Shown: positions 1-11,331, numbered from the stretch's first letter. The stretch is 64,000 bases of DNA from an uncultured delta proteobacterium (GCA_963727445.1 CAVSGI010000008.1:96001-160000), one strand, 5' to 3'. Notes: a model not told the origin generated them from the sequence alone. Translations and numbers: made by a program.

Positions 1-56
1 CCTGCTCGGCGCCCTCGCCGGCGACGTCCCCACCATCGGAAACTGAAGACACCACC

Positions 57-851
57 ATGTCCGACGCCTTCGACCTCGGGCGCATCGGCGGCCGCAAAGC
101 CCTCGACGCGCTCATCGACGAGATCACCCTCGCCGGCGAACGGGCCCTCGCCATGCAGAAGAGCGGCGTGGGAGATCGCGCCCGGCGAAAGCCCGACAAC
201 TCGCCCGTCACGGAGGCGGACGAAGCGGTGGAGCGGCACATCAAGTCGTTTCTCCTCTCGCGCTTCGAAGGCGTGGGCTTCCTCGGCGAGGAGACCGGCG
301 TGACCGAGGGCGAATCGGAGATGCGCTTCATCGTCGATCCCATCGACGGCACCCGCGCCTTCACCCGCGGCTTCGACACCTGGTCGGTGCTCGTGGGTCT
401 CGAGGCGGATGGCGATCCCGTGGTGGGTATCGCCTTCATGCCCGCCGCCGGGGATCTGATGGTCGCCGTCAAAGGCGACGGAGCTCGTAAGAACGGCAAA
501 CGCATGCACGTGAGCGCGGTGGACTCGCTCTCGGAGGCGGTGGCGAGCCATGGGGGCCTCCATCAGTTCACCGACGCCTGCCTCGAAGGCGTCCTCGCCA
601 AGATCGGACGCGGCACTTACACGCAGCGCGGCCACGTGGACTTCGACGGCTATCGCCAGCTGCTCAGCGGCATGGTGGACGTGATGGTGGACCCGGGCGT
701 CAAAGCCTGGGACGTCTGTCCGGCGGCGGTGCTCATCCGCGAAGCGGGCGGGCGCTTCTCCGACTTCGAGGGCAACGAGACCATCCACGGCGGCAACTTC
801 CTCGCCACCAACGGCCTGCTCCACGACGCGATGCTCGACATCCTGCGCTAG
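57..851 (+). CDS. Inositol monophosphatase family protein (HisN-like histidinol-phosphatase candidate)
   Basis: Motifs PVTEAD, GEE, IVDPIDGTRAF and WDVCPAAVLIREAGG match the IMPase/FIG superfamily. Confidence 0.85.
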   Translation: MSDAFDLGRIGGRKALDALIDEITLAGERALAMQKSGVGDRARRKPDNSPVTEADEAVERHIKSFLLSRFEGVGFLGEETGVTEGESEMRFIVDPIDGTRAFTRGFDTWSVLVGLEADGDPVVGIAFMPAAGDLMVAVKGDGARKNGKRMHVSAVDSLSEAVASHGGLHQFTDACLEGVLAKIGRGTYTQRGHVDFDGYRQLLSGMVDVMVDPGVKAWDVCPAAVLIREAGGRFSDFEGNETIHGGNFLATNGLLHDAMLDILR

Positions 852-853
852 CG

Positions 854-2662
854 TTAGAGCCCCGCAGCGCAGACCGTCTCCCCTTCCGGCGTCTCCCAGG
901 GGGCGGTGACCGTCATCGAGATCGGCTCCGCCCCGTCGCCGCGGAGCACCCACTCGCCGGGAGAGAGCGGTGGCAGCACGCAGGTGATCGGCCACCTGAC
1001 CGGCTCGGGATCGCACGCACAATCCGGGGTCGGGTCGGCGCACTGCTCGAAGGAGAGGCGGAGCTCGCGCTCTCCGCTGACCTCGACGCGACATCGTGGG
1101 CGCGGAGCGCAGGGACAGCCGTCGCCCCAAATGGCGACGTCGAGGACGCGAGAGGTCATGGAGGGCGTCTGGGCAGGCGCGCAAAGCTGCGCGAGCCGCG
1201 CCGTAGTGGCTGGACATTCGATGGCCGGACACTCGATCCGGTCGGATTCGCATGCGACCTCTGTTCGCGAAAGAGACATGCAGTCCTCGCCCACGCAGTC
1301 GCTCTCGCAGCCGACCACCGGCGCGCATCGGTCGCCGGTCCAGCGGAAGCCCCAGACCCGCTCCCCGTCGCAGTCGGCGGCTCGCGCGTCCTGTGCGCGG
1401 CAGAGGTCCTCCGGGGGCGCGCCGCACTCCCACCTCTGCACGTAGGTCCCCTCGCGTCCCATGGGCGGCTCGGTACCTTCGTGAGAGATGCCGACGTAGA
1501 GCGTGTCGTCCACCGAGAGGACGGAGGGACCGCCGTAACCCGAGTGGGCGCCATCGTAGAGCGTTCGTCGCGCCGCGAGGGGCACACCATCCGGATCCAG
1601 CGAGAGGATGATCTCGCGCTCGCTGGGCCGATAGCCCTCGGCCCAGAGCAGCGCCCAGCCCTCGGGGCGTGCCGCCACCCGCGGGTAGGCGGTCGTGGGG
1701 GCGCCACCCTCGATCGGCCGCTCGAAGAGGACGCGGCCGTCGAGGCTCGCGATGCGGAAGACGAGCGCGCGCGTGTCCGAAGGACCCTCGAGGGAGACGA
1801 GCCCCAGGCGATCGTCGCGAAGCGCGACCGCGGTGTAGCCGACGGGCAGCGGGATCGTGCGATCGCGCGTCACTTCACCCCGCGGATCGACGCCCAGCAT
1901 CCGGAGTCCCGCGTCCTCGTAGACGAGGGCGAGGAAACCATCCTCGGTCGCCACCAGCGACGGTGTTCGGCCGGGGTAGTCCCCGCGGGCCATCGCCATC
2001 GGCTCGGCGATCGGCTCGCCCGTCTCCGCAACCAGCGCGAGCATGGTCTCGACCTGCACCGGGTCCACGTCGAAGTTCTCGGAGCGATACGTCATGGCAT
2101 AGACGCCGTGGGCGTAGACGAGCTCGGTGCATGGGCCGGTCTCTGTCCCGAAGTCCGCGCGCGGGCCGAGGGCCCCGTCGAGCCCGTCGATCTCGCGGAA
2201 GCGAAGCGCGCCCGCGCCGTCCGGATCCCCGTCCCAGCAGACACCGACCCGTTCGCCGTTCCACGCGGCCTCGCCCCAACCGTGCGATTCCTCGCCCACG
2301 CGCCGGGGCGCGCTCACCTCCTCGAGGTGGAGATCGGTGTGGCTGAGGACGATCTCCGGATGACGGATGGTGTCGCTCTGAAACATCAGCACGCCGAGCT
2401 GGTCGCCCGCGAGGAAGAGGTCGGGGGCATGCATGCTCCCATCCGGGTAGCTGGCGATGAAGCGCTCCATCACCGGCGCGAGCGCACAGCGGGGCGGCGG
2501 AGGCGGAGGCGGAGGCGGATCGCCAGCGTCGGGGCCCGTCGCTGCGTCCGGCCCCGTCCCGCTCCCCCCGTCGGCCGAAGCACCCACGCGAGGGCGCTCG
2601 TGAAAGAGGTAGCAGCCCGACAACGACAGACAGAGGGAGAGCAGAGCGAGGGCGGAACGCAT
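854..2662 (-). CDS. Putative lipoprotein with Pro-rich linker, beta-rich core and Cys-rich C-terminal domains
   Basis: Lipobox LSLSGC after a hydrophobic N-terminus, a poly-Pro linker and many Cys in the last ~190 aa. Confidence 0.7.
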   Translation of the reverse strand: MRSALALLSLCLSLSGCYLFHERPRVGASADGGSGTGPDAATGPDAGDPPPPPPPPPRCALAPVMERFIASYPDGSMHAPDLFLAGDQLGVLMFQSDTIRHPEIVLSHTDLHLEEVSAPRRVGEESHGWGEAAWNGERVGVCWDGDPDGAGALRFREIDGLDGALGPRADFGTETGPCTELVYAHGVYAMTYRSENFDVDPVQVETMLALVAETGEPIAEPMAMARGDYPGRTPSLVATEDGFLALVYEDAGLRMLGVDPRGEVTRDRTIPLPVGYTAVALRDDRLGLVSLEGPSDTRALVFRIASLDGRVLFERPIEGGAPTTAYPRVAARPEGWALLWAEGYRPSEREIILSLDPDGVPLAARRTLYDGAHSGYGGPSVLSVDDTLYVGISHEGTEPPMGREGTYVQRWECGAPPEDLCRAQDARAADCDGERVWGFRWTGDRCAPVVGCESDCVGEDCMSLSRTEVACESDRIECPAIECPATTARLAQLCAPAQTPSMTSRVLDVAIWGDGCPCAPRPRCRVEVSGERELRLSFEQCADPTPDCACDPEPVRWPITCVLPPLSPGEWVLRGDGAEPISMTVTAPWETPEGETVCAAGL

Positions 2663-2767
2663 CGGAGGCGCGCCGGGTGCAACTCACGGGCCACGCGTTC
2701 ACGGTCGAAAAAGCCCCTGCGCCGCTCGATCGGTCGCGACGGCGTGGCGCGGTCGTGCCGCTGTGTG

Positions 2768-4663
2768 TCAGCGGCGGCGACGGCCCGCCACGATCCCCAG
2801 CACCAGGAAGAGGGGCCAGGCGCCGAGGCCGAAGGGCGCCCGGGCGGACGTCACGCAGCCGCACCCACCATCGTCCATGGTGCCGGTGGGCTCGCCGCCC
2901 GCATCGGGACCCGCGTCGAAGGAGGCGTCGGCCATCGGCGCGGAGCAGCGGCCCGCAGCGCACACGTCGGTGCCGCGGCAATCGGTGTCGTCGTTGCAGC
3001 AACCCGCCACCGGGTCGTGGACACAGGTGACGCGATCGGCTTCACAGGAGTCGCGAGTACAGGCGTCCCCGTCGTCGCAGTCCACGTCGCAGCACGAGGG
3101 GTCCGGAGTCGAGCCGCACACGCCGAACTCGTCGCAGGCGTCGATGGTGCAAGCGTCCCCGTCGTCGCAATCCACATCGGCCATGCAGCACACGGCGGTC
3201 GCGGTCGAGGAACAGCGGAACGTACGAACGTCACAGGTGTCGGTGGTGCACTCCATCGAGTCGTCGCAGACGTCATCCGACATGCAGCATCCGGCGATGG
3301 GTGCGTTCACGCAGGCCGACGACACACACGCGTCGTCGGTGCAGACGTCTCCGTCGTCGCAGTCTCCGTCCCCGAGGCAACAGCCGGCGATCGAGGCGTT
3401 GGTGCAAGCGCCGGAGGCGGCATCGCAGGTGTCGGTGGTACAGGCGTTGCCGTCGTCGCAGTCCCCGTCGGCGGCGCAGCAGCCGCTGATGGGCATGAAC
3501 GTGCAGCGGTTGGTGCTGGTGTCACACGCGTCGGAAGTGCACGCCGAGGTGTCACTGCAGTCGCCGTCGCTGGTGCAGCAACCGCTGATGGGCGAAGTGG
3601 TACAGGTGCCGCCGGTGCCGGTACATCCGTCCGAGGTGCAGGGGTCGCCGTCATCGCAGTCGATGGCGACGTTGCAGCAGCCCGCGACCGAGGCGTGCCG
3701 GCAGCCGCCGGGCTCCATGCAGGAATCGGTCGTGCACGTGTCGCCATCGTCGCAGTCGAGCGGCGCCCCGGCCACGCAGGCGCCGGCGGAGCAGACCTCG
3801 CGCCCATCGCAGACGATCGCGTTGGTGCAGGAAGTGCCATCGGCCGCCGAGGACCAGCCTGTCATCGACCGGGACGTATCGCAGACCTGGCACGGGTTCG
3901 ATGGGTTCACCGTGCCGTTCGACACGCAGGAGCCGCTGATGTCACAGCCGGAGCACGACGCGCAGGAAGCGACCCCGGCGCAATCGGAATCGGCGCAGTC
4001 CACGTCTCCGTCACCGTCGTTGTCGACCAGGTCCGAGCATTGCTCGCCGCAGCCGAGGCTCGCGCCGCTCGTGACGGTGAGGGTGTAGTTCCCCTCCATC
4101 ATCGCGTCGTCGCAGTTGATCACGCCCACGTTCGACGTCGGCGGGTAGGCGCTCGCACACCCGCCGCCGCCGATCCGGCAGATGAAGCCGCAGCTGTCGC
4201 AGTCGGTCTGTCCGGTCTGCCCGAAGGCGTCGACCACCACGTAATAGGTCTCGTTGGGTGTGCAGGTGAAGGTCAGCGCCTCGTCGATGATCATCGCGCC
4301 GGAGGCGAGCGAGGTGAGCCCGTTGGTGGACTGAGCGTAACAGCCGCCGCTGGTGGTGCAGTCGCCGGGCCCCAGCACGAAGAGGTCGATGTCGCAGTCC
4401 AGGCCGGTGAGGGAGAGGCTCACGGCGCCCGCGCCGGAGCAGGTGAAGGTGAAGACGTTGTCCGGGTGGTTCATCGAGATGCCGCCGCCGCAGGTGCCCG
4501 ATACGTCATCGCCGTCGGCGTACTCCACCCGGCCGCTCGCCATTTGCAGGCAACCGATGTCGCCCTCGATCGGGGCGGTGCAGGCCTGTGCTTCCGCCCG
4601 GCGAGGCAGACTCCACACGAAGGCGGAGATGACGCACACGACGAGCGCGGTACGGTAGCCCAA
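2768..4663 (-). CDS. Secreted Cys/Asp-rich repeat protein with PPC-like domain and MYXO-CTERM sorting signal
   Basis: Signal peptide ending AEAQA, a DNDGDGDVDCADSDC motif, about 8 DCDDGxxCTxDxC-type repeats, and a C-terminal GGCGC, TM helix and RRRR. Confidence 0.8.
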   Translation of the reverse strand: MGYRTALVVCVISAFVWSLPRRAEAQACTAPIEGDIGCLQMASGRVEYADGDDVSGTCGGGISMNHPDNVFTFTCSGAGAVSLSLTGLDCDIDLFVLGPGDCTTSGGCYAQSTNGLTSLASGAMIIDEALTFTCTPNETYYVVVDAFGQTGQTDCDSCGFICRIGGGGCASAYPPTSNVGVINCDDAMMEGNYTLTVTSGASLGCGEQCSDLVDNDGDGDVDCADSDCAGVASCASCSGCDISGSCVSNGTVNPSNPCQVCDTSRSMTGWSSAADGTSCTNAIVCDGREVCSAGACVAGAPLDCDDGDTCTTDSCMEPGGCRHASVAGCCNVAIDCDDGDPCTSDGCTGTGGTCTTSPISGCCTSDGDCSDTSACTSDACDTSTNRCTFMPISGCCAADGDCDDGNACTTDTCDAASGACTNASIAGCCLGDGDCDDGDVCTDDACVSSACVNAPIAGCCMSDDVCDDSMECTTDTCDVRTFRCSSTATAVCCMADVDCDDGDACTIDACDEFGVCGSTPDPSCCDVDCDDGDACTRDSCEADRVTCVHDPVAGCCNDDTDCRGTDVCAAGRCSAPMADASFDAGPDAGGEPTGTMDDGGCGCVTSARAPFGLGAWPLFLVLGIVAGRRRR

Positions 4664-4786
4664 GACCGAAATTCCAACAGATCCCCGGGTAGGCGTTCAA
4701 GCGCCGCTGTGGGATGATGCCTGCCCCTCGCAGCCCCCCGATTCCGGGCCGGTGCGAGCCCCCGAAAGCCAGCCATTGGAGGCGAA

Positions 4787-7159
4787 ATGAGTCAGCCGAT
4801 TCGGCGTGTTGGTGTCGTTGGCGCCGGCGTCATGGGCAGCGGTATCGCGGCCCACCTCGCGAACGCGGGTATCTCCGTCCTTCTCCTCGACATCGTTCCG
4901 CCCAAGCTCGAGGGTGACGACCGGAAGGACCCGAAGAAACGGAACAGCTTCGCCGACGGCGGGCTTCAGAAAGCCCTGAAGAGCAAGCCGGCCGCGTTCT
5001 TCCACAAAGCGAATGCCCAGCTCGTCTCCACCGGCAACACCGAGGACGACCTCGACGAGCTCGGGGGCTGCGACCTGGTGATCGAAGCGATCATCGAGCG
5101 CCTCGACATCAAGCAGAGCCTCTTCGCGAAGCTCGAGAAGATCCTCCCCGACCACGCGATCGTCGCGTCCAACACCTCGGGCCTGAGGATCCACGACATG
5201 ATGGAAGGGCGCGGCGAGGCCTTCAAGAAGCGCTTCCTGGTGATGCACTTCTTCAACCCGGTCCGCTACATGAAGCTCCTCGAGCTGGTCGCCGGCCCCG
5301 AGACCGATCCCGCCACCATGGAGCGCATCCGTGACTTCGGTGAAAACGAGCTCGGCAAGGGCATCGTCTTCGGCAAGGACACGCCGAACTTCGTCGGTAA
5401 CCGCATCGGCGCCCACTCGATGATGGTGACGATTCACCAGATGCTCGAGGACGGGCTGACGCCGGAGGACGTCGACGGCATCACCGGCAGAGCCATGGCC
5501 CACCCCAAGTCGGCGAGCTTCCGCACCGCGGACCTGGTCGGCCTCGACACCTTCGTCCACGTCGCCGACAACTGCTACGCGGCGCTCGAAGACGACGAGG
5601 ACCGCGCGGTCTTCGAGGTCCCGAGCTTCGTCCGCGGCATGGTCGAAAAGAACCTCCTCGGCAACAAGACCAGGGGCGGCTTCTACAAGAAGGACAAGAG
5701 TGGGATCTCGGTCATCGACTTCGACACCCTCGAGTACCGGCCGAAGGGCGGCGACGAGGAGATCCGGAACGTCACCAAAGCCATCGCCAAGTCCTCCGAC
5801 CCGAGGAAGCGCGTCCGCAAGCTCGTCGCCGACGAGGGCAAAGCGGGACAGTTCGCCTGGAAGGTGCTCAGCCGCTCCCTCGCCTATTCGGCGCGGCGAA
5901 TCGGTGAGATCACCGATTCGATCGTCGCCGTCGATGACGCGATGCGCTGGGGCTACAACTGGGAGCTCGGCCCCTTCGAGACCTGGGACGCCCTCGGCTT
6001 CGTCGAGACCACCGAGCGGATGAAGAAGGACGGCGTCGCCCTACCCGACTCGATCCAGAAGATGGTCGATTCGGGGGCGACGTCCTTCTATACCGAAGAT
6101 GGAAAGGTCTTCGATCTGCTGAAGGGCGAGTACGTCGCGCTCGAGCGCGACCCGCGCAGCGCGCCCCTCGCGGTGGTGCGGAAGGGCGAGAGCGCCGTGC
6201 TCTCGAACGACGGGGCCGAGGCGTGGGATCTCGGCGACGGCGTCCTCGGGCTCACCTTCAAGACCAAGGCGAACAGCCTCGACGACGACGTCATCTCCCT
6301 GATGAACCAGGCGGTGGAGGAAGCCGAGCGCAACTACGAATCGCTCCTCATCTACAACGAGGGCGAGCACTTCTCGGTGGGCGCCAACCTCTTCGCGATC
6401 GTCATGGCCGCGAACAACAAACAGTGGGACCAGCTGAATTCCGTGGTCAAGGCGCTGCAGGACACCACCCAGCGGATGAAGTACTCGAAGATCCCGGTGG
6501 TCGCTGCCCCCTGGGGCATGACCCTCGGCGGCGGTCTCGAGGTGTGCCTGGCTTGCGATGCCGTCCAGGCTTCCGCCGAGACCTACTCTGGCCTGGTCGA
6601 GGTCGGTGTGGGGCTCATCCCCGGCGGCGCCGGCAACATGAACATGTTGTGGCGCGCGCTCGAGGGAGTGCCCGAAGGCGCCCACATGAACACCCTCGAG
6701 CTCGTCACGAACACCTTCAAGAACATCGCGATGGCGAAGGTCGCCACCAGCGCCGTCGAGGCGAAGCACTTCGGCTACTTCCGCCACGGCGACGGCGTGT
6801 CCTTCGACAAGGCGCGCCTGCTGCACGACGCGAAGCAGAAGGCGATCGGGATGGCGCGCTCGGATTACCACCCGCCGATCCCGCGCGCACACGTGCTCCC
6901 CGGGGAGAGCGGCGTCGCGACCCTCGAGATGATGGTGGGCACGCTGGTCGACGGCGGATACGCCACCGAGCACGACGCCTTCATCGCGAAGAAGCTCGCC
7001 CGTGTCCTGTGCGGCGGCGCCAGCGGCGGCTCGCATCCGGTCACCGAGCAGGAGGTCCTCGACCTCGCTCGCGAGGCCTTCGTCAGCCTCTGCGGTGAGC
7101 AGAAGAGCCTCGACCGCATGCAGCACATGCTCATGAACAACAAACCTCTGCGTAATTGA
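4787..7159 (+). CDS. 3-hydroxyacyl-CoA dehydrogenase / enoyl-CoA hydratase (FadN-type)
   Basis: GAGVMGSGIA Rossmann motif, SNTSGL, MHFFNPVRYMKL, and a C-terminal crotonase fold (LGGGLE, GLVEVGVGLIPG); GGAGG RBS upstream. Confidence 0.92.
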   Translation: MSQPIRRVGVVGAGVMGSGIAAHLANAGISVLLLDIVPPKLEGDDRKDPKKRNSFADGGLQKALKSKPAAFFHKANAQLVSTGNTEDDLDELGGCDLVIEAIIERLDIKQSLFAKLEKILPDHAIVASNTSGLRIHDMMEGRGEAFKKRFLVMHFFNPVRYMKLLELVAGPETDPATMERIRDFGENELGKGIVFGKDTPNFVGNRIGAHSMMVTIHQMLEDGLTPEDVDGITGRAMAHPKSASFRTADLVGLDTFVHVADNCYAALEDDEDRAVFEVPSFVRGMVEKNLLGNKTRGGFYKKDKSGISVIDFDTLEYRPKGGDEEIRNVTKAIAKSSDPRKRVRKLVADEGKAGQFAWKVLSRSLAYSARRIGEITDSIVAVDDAMRWGYNWELGPFETWDALGFVETTERMKKDGVALPDSIQKMVDSGATSFYTEDGKVFDLLKGEYVALERDPRSAPLAVVRKGESAVLSNDGAEAWDLGDGVLGLTFKTKANSLDDDVISLMNQAVEEAERNYESLLIYNEGEHFSVGANLFAIVMAANNKQWDQLNSVVKALQDTTQRMKYSKIPVVAAPWGMTLGGGLEVCLACDAVQASAETYSGLVEVGVGLIPGGAGNMNMLWRALEGVPEGAHMNTLELVTNTFKNIAMAKVATSAVEAKHFGYFRHGDGVSFDKARLLHDAKQKAIGMARSDYHPPIPRAHVLPGESGVATLEMMVGTLVDGGYATEHDAFIAKKLARVLCGGASGGSHPVTEQEVLDLAREAFVSLCGEQKSLDRMQHMLMNNKPLRN

Positions 7160-7197
7160 CCCACGCATCCGACGGAATCGAGAGCAGGAGAGAGAAC

Positions 7198-8361
<1,164 letters not shown>

Positions 8362-8375
8362 CCGCGAAACGACGA

Positions 8376-8399
8376 CGCCAGGGCCGAAGGGCCCTGGCG
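8376..8399. terminator. Perfect 10-bp stem-loop between convergent genes (possible terminator)
   Basis: CGCCAGGGCC-GAAG-GGCCCTGGCG lies between the thiolase stop (8361) and the convergent stop at 8415; only a weak U-tract. Confidence 0.55.
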
Positions 8400-8414
8400 A
8401 CTCGATTCCGATCC

Positions 8415-9695
8415 TCAGAGACCGTGAAGGTCGTCGACGGCGACGTACACCTGCGGCGAAGGAACCGCCCAACCGCCACTAACGCCGCCTGGGCTGACGA
8501 TGTTGATGGCCACGCCAGGGGACGAGAGCGTCTCGGGCAGCGGCAGCTCGAAGTCGACCCAGCCGGAGTCGGCCAACTCGCCCACGTCCGCGGTACCCTC
8601 GAGAACCTCGGTGACGGAGTGCACCGGACCGCCGTCGGCGCCGCCCACCTCGGCGGTCACCGTGAGCTCGAAGCGGCCGTAGCTCGCTTCTCCGGCCTCG
8701 CGTGCCCGAGCGCGGAACGCGAGGGTGGAGACCTCTCCCTCGAGGCGCCCGTACAGACCCATCGCGGCGAATCCATCGGAGTACATCACGAGACATCCAG
8801 CTCCGCTCGCGCACTCCATCGCCGGCTCTCCTTCCGCGAGACCCCACGCATCGACATCGGAGGTCTCGGGGGAGTCGAAGTCGATCATCGAAAGCGCCGA
8901 AGGCGAGGCGAAGCGAGACATCTCTTCGCTCGCGGCCGCCGCCTCGTTGCCCGAGAGATCGGCGACCCCCGCCGCGAGCGCGAAGCTGATCGACGCATCG
9001 GGCCACCACCCCGCGGGCTGAAGCTCGACCGCGGTGACGAGGCCGTCGAACGTCGTTTCCATGTCCATCTCGTACTCGGCGCTCACGCTGAGCGCGTCGA
9101 GCACCTCGTCGACCGCCACCGGCTCCGACAGCTCTACGCGCACCGGACTCCACGGAGCGAGCGCTGGCAAGAAGGTCTCGCGGCGAAGCCGGAGCTCCGG
9201 CACCACATCATCGGGCCGGATGGTCCCGTCCGCCTCGAGCGAGCCCATCCACAGCACGTCCCCTTCAGCGACGTTCACGCTCCCGCTCGCGTGATAGTCC
9301 CCCGCAACGCGGACGATACCCTCCTGCACCTCCCCTCGGAGAACGACGCTCGCGAAAGACGCGTCGCCGAGCACAGCCCGTCGATCGGTCGGGATGAGGG
9401 TCAGCTCGGCTCCCTCGAAGGTCCCGCGGTACTCGGCGGGGATGCCGAAGGCAGGCGAGATGTACGCGACGACGGTGCCGTCGTCCTCGAGTGAGAGATC
9501 GAGGCGCGCCTCGAGCCCGCCCAGCGCCGGATCCACATAGGGCGGGTAGCCGCCCCAGTCGAGGTTGCTGGCGTCGATGGCGATCTGATAGCTGGCCGAA
9601 GCCTCTACCAGCTCCTCCGGCGGGACGATGGAATTCGAGCAGCCTGCGAGAGCGACGAGGGCGAGGGCGAAGAGTCCGACGATGATCCGAAGCAT
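8415..9695 (-). CDS. Putative lipoprotein, acidic and beta-rich (possible Ig-like domain)
   Basis: MLRIIVGLFALALVALAGC lipobox at ATG 9695 with GGAGG upstream; an LSEPV...GVADLSGN pattern is reminiscent of bacterial Ig-like domains. Confidence 0.65.
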   Translation of the reverse strand: MLRIIVGLFALALVALAGCSNSIVPPEELVEASASYQIAIDASNLDWGGYPPYVDPALGGLEARLDLSLEDDGTVVAYISPAFGIPAEYRGTFEGAELTLIPTDRRAVLGDASFASVVLRGEVQEGIVRVAGDYHASGSVNVAEGDVLWMGSLEADGTIRPDDVVPELRLRRETFLPALAPWSPVRVELSEPVAVDEVLDALSVSAEYEMDMETTFDGLVTAVELQPAGWWPDASISFALAAGVADLSGNEAAAASEEMSRFASPSALSMIDFDSPETSDVDAWGLAEGEPAMECASGAGCLVMYSDGFAAMGLYGRLEGEVSTLAFRARAREAGEASYGRFELTVTAEVGGADGGPVHSVTEVLEGTADVGELADSGWVDFELPLPETLSSPGVAINIVSPGGVSGGWAVPSPQVYVAVDDLHGL

Positions 9696-9823
9696 GACGA
9701 GTGTGTCCTCCTGTGCCTCACTGTGCTGCAAGGTAGGGACCACCCGAAGTGGCACAGATCGACCCATACGATCGTGGCTTTTACTCGGCTATTCCACGGA
9801 CCCCGCCGTGCCAAACTGAGACA

Positions 9824-10576
9824 TCACCCGCGCGCGCTGTCGTCATTCGTCAGCAATGGGAGCGCCATCACGAAGCGGCAGCCGCCCTCGGGCGGGCAGG
9901 CGAGGCTCAAGCTGCCGCCATAATCGATGACGATCTCCCGGCTCAGCCACAACCCGAGGCCCGTCCCTGCGCCGCGGCGTGAGACGAGGGGCGCGAAGAC
10001 GACCTCGTGGAGATCCTCGGCGATGCCTGGCCCGTCATCCTGAACGACGAGCTCCGCTCTACCGTTCGCTTCGCGGGTCGCCACCTCGATGGTGTGGGGA
10101 CGGCTGGCGTCGCGCTGGATCGCGCTCAGCGCATTGGACAGGAGGTTGACGCCCACCTGAACGAGGCGGTGTCGATGGGCGGTGATGGGCGGAACCGGCT
10201 CGAGTCGCTCGATGATGGTCGCAGCATCGCCAATCTGGATGCGCATCAAGCGCAGCGCCCGGCGCGCCACTTCCCTGAGGTCGACCTCCGTCGTGGGCCG
10301 GTCCGCGTCGGAGTAGCCGCGTGCATCTTCGACAAGGAGCGAGACGTGGGCCAGGCTGGCGCGCAGGTCTTCCAGGGATTGGTGAAGGCGACGGCGCAGC
10401 GCTTCGTCATCGCTGCACGCTTTGAGCTCGTTGTCGAGCACCCCGACGGCGAGGAGGGCCGAAGTGATGGGGTTGTTGATCTCGTGACCGAGGGCCGCGG
10501 CCATTCGGCCAAAGCGGATCAACCCTTCCGCACGCTCGAGCGCCCGGCGTAGCTCCTCGGTCTCGTCCGCCCCCAT
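9824..10576 (-). CDS. Histidine kinase (HisKA + HATPase) with no sensor or TM domain
   Basis: H-box GHEINNP, N-box NLLSNA, D-box VQDDGPGI and G-box GTGLGL; start uncertain (10576-10600). Confidence 0.85.
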   Translation of the reverse strand: MGADETEELRRALERAEGLIRFGRMAAALGHEINNPITSALLAVGVLDNELKACSDDEALRRRLHQSLEDLRASLAHVSLLVEDARGYSDADRPTTEVDLREVARRALRLMRIQIGDAATIIERLEPVPPITAHRHRLVQVGVNLLSNALSAIQRDASRPHTIEVATREANGRAELVVQDDGPGIAEDLHEVVFAPLVSRRGAGTGLGLWLSREIVIDYGGSLSLACPPEGGCRFVMALPLLTNDDSARG

Positions 10577-10612
10577 TCGCCGGGCAGAATGCATCTTCAC
10601 CGGGGGTTGTTG

Positions 10613-10630
10613 CCTTGACGATCGTCAAGG
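10613..10630. promoter_or_regulatory. FNR-like box TTGAC-N4-GTCAA inside a perfect 18-bp palindrome
   Basis: CCTTGACGATCGTCAAGG lies between the divergent kinase and Crp/Fnr genes; the FNR consensus is TTGAT-N4-ATCAA. Confidence 0.7.
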
Positions 10631-10673
10631 AGCACCTACGGGGAACGTGGTTGGCTCCCATCGGAGAGCTCCC

Positions 10674-11318
10674 ATGCCTGAACAAGCTGTTTTCCCGTCG
10701 CTCGGGGGGTTGGTTTCCGGAGAATCCTCGGGGCCGTTCAGGCGTTCGACCAGAGGCCAGTCTGAGCTCGTCTTCCACCGCGGCGATCCGGTGGACAGGG
10801 TCTTCTACATCGAGTCGGGTCAGCTCCTGCTCCTCGTCACGACCGCCGGCGGCGAAGAGCAGGTCTGCTCGCTGCGCGGCGCAGGGTGCCTCATCGGCCT
10901 CGAGGCGTTCCTCGGCCTCCCCGCGCAGTTCGACGTCCGCGTGGTCAATCGAGCGGTGCTCCACGGCGCCGAGGTCGATGCCTTCAAGGCCTGGATGCAC
11001 AAGAGCCCCGAGCGCGTGGACGCGGTCACGTTTAGCCTCGCGCGAGAGGCGGCGCGCCTGGCGACAGAGCGCCAGTTCGTCGCCGGACCGGCGAGCCATC
11101 GATTGGCGCGATTCTTACGCGAGCGCGAGACCAACCCGCTCATCGCCCACTGGCGCAACGCCCCCCTCCACGCCCTCGCGGGCTTCTTGGCGATGCGCCC
11201 CGAGACGCTCTCCCGCGCGATTCGAAGCCTCCACGCCGAAGGCCTGATCGACGACGGTCGCGAGCTGAAGGTGCGAGACCTCGCCGGTCTCGCCGCCAAG
11301 ATCGGCGACCCGACCTGA
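10674..11318 (+). CDS. Crp/Fnr family transcriptional regulator
   Basis: cNMP-fold pattern VFHRGDPVDRVFYIESG and HTH LAMRPETLSRAI (ETxSR, FNR-type); ATG 10674 follows GGAGAG. Confidence 0.85.
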   Translation: MPEQAVFPSLGGLVSGESSGPFRRSTRGQSELVFHRGDPVDRVFYIESGQLLLLVTTAGGEEQVCSLRGAGCLIGLEAFLGLPAQFDVRVVNRAVLHGAEVDAFKAWMHKSPERVDAVTFSLAREAARLATERQFVAGPASHRLARFLRERETNPLIAHWRNAPLHALAGFLAMRPETLSRAIRSLHAEGLIDDGRELKVRDLAGLAAKIGDPT

Positions 11319-11331
11319 GCGCCAGCTAATC

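Noticed and set aside
1481..4717. 1078-aa plus-strand ORF and similar long antisense ORFs (e.g. 32800-35463, 35698-38277, 52631-54574)
   Set aside because: Shadow ORFs typical of high-GC DNA; they are R/G/A-rich, lack motifs and overlap well-supported genes on the opposite strand.
9800..9816. TTGGCACG on the minus strand as a sigma-54 promoter for the 9695 lipoprotein
   Set aside because: The -12 GC is missing at the required GG-N10-GC spacing.
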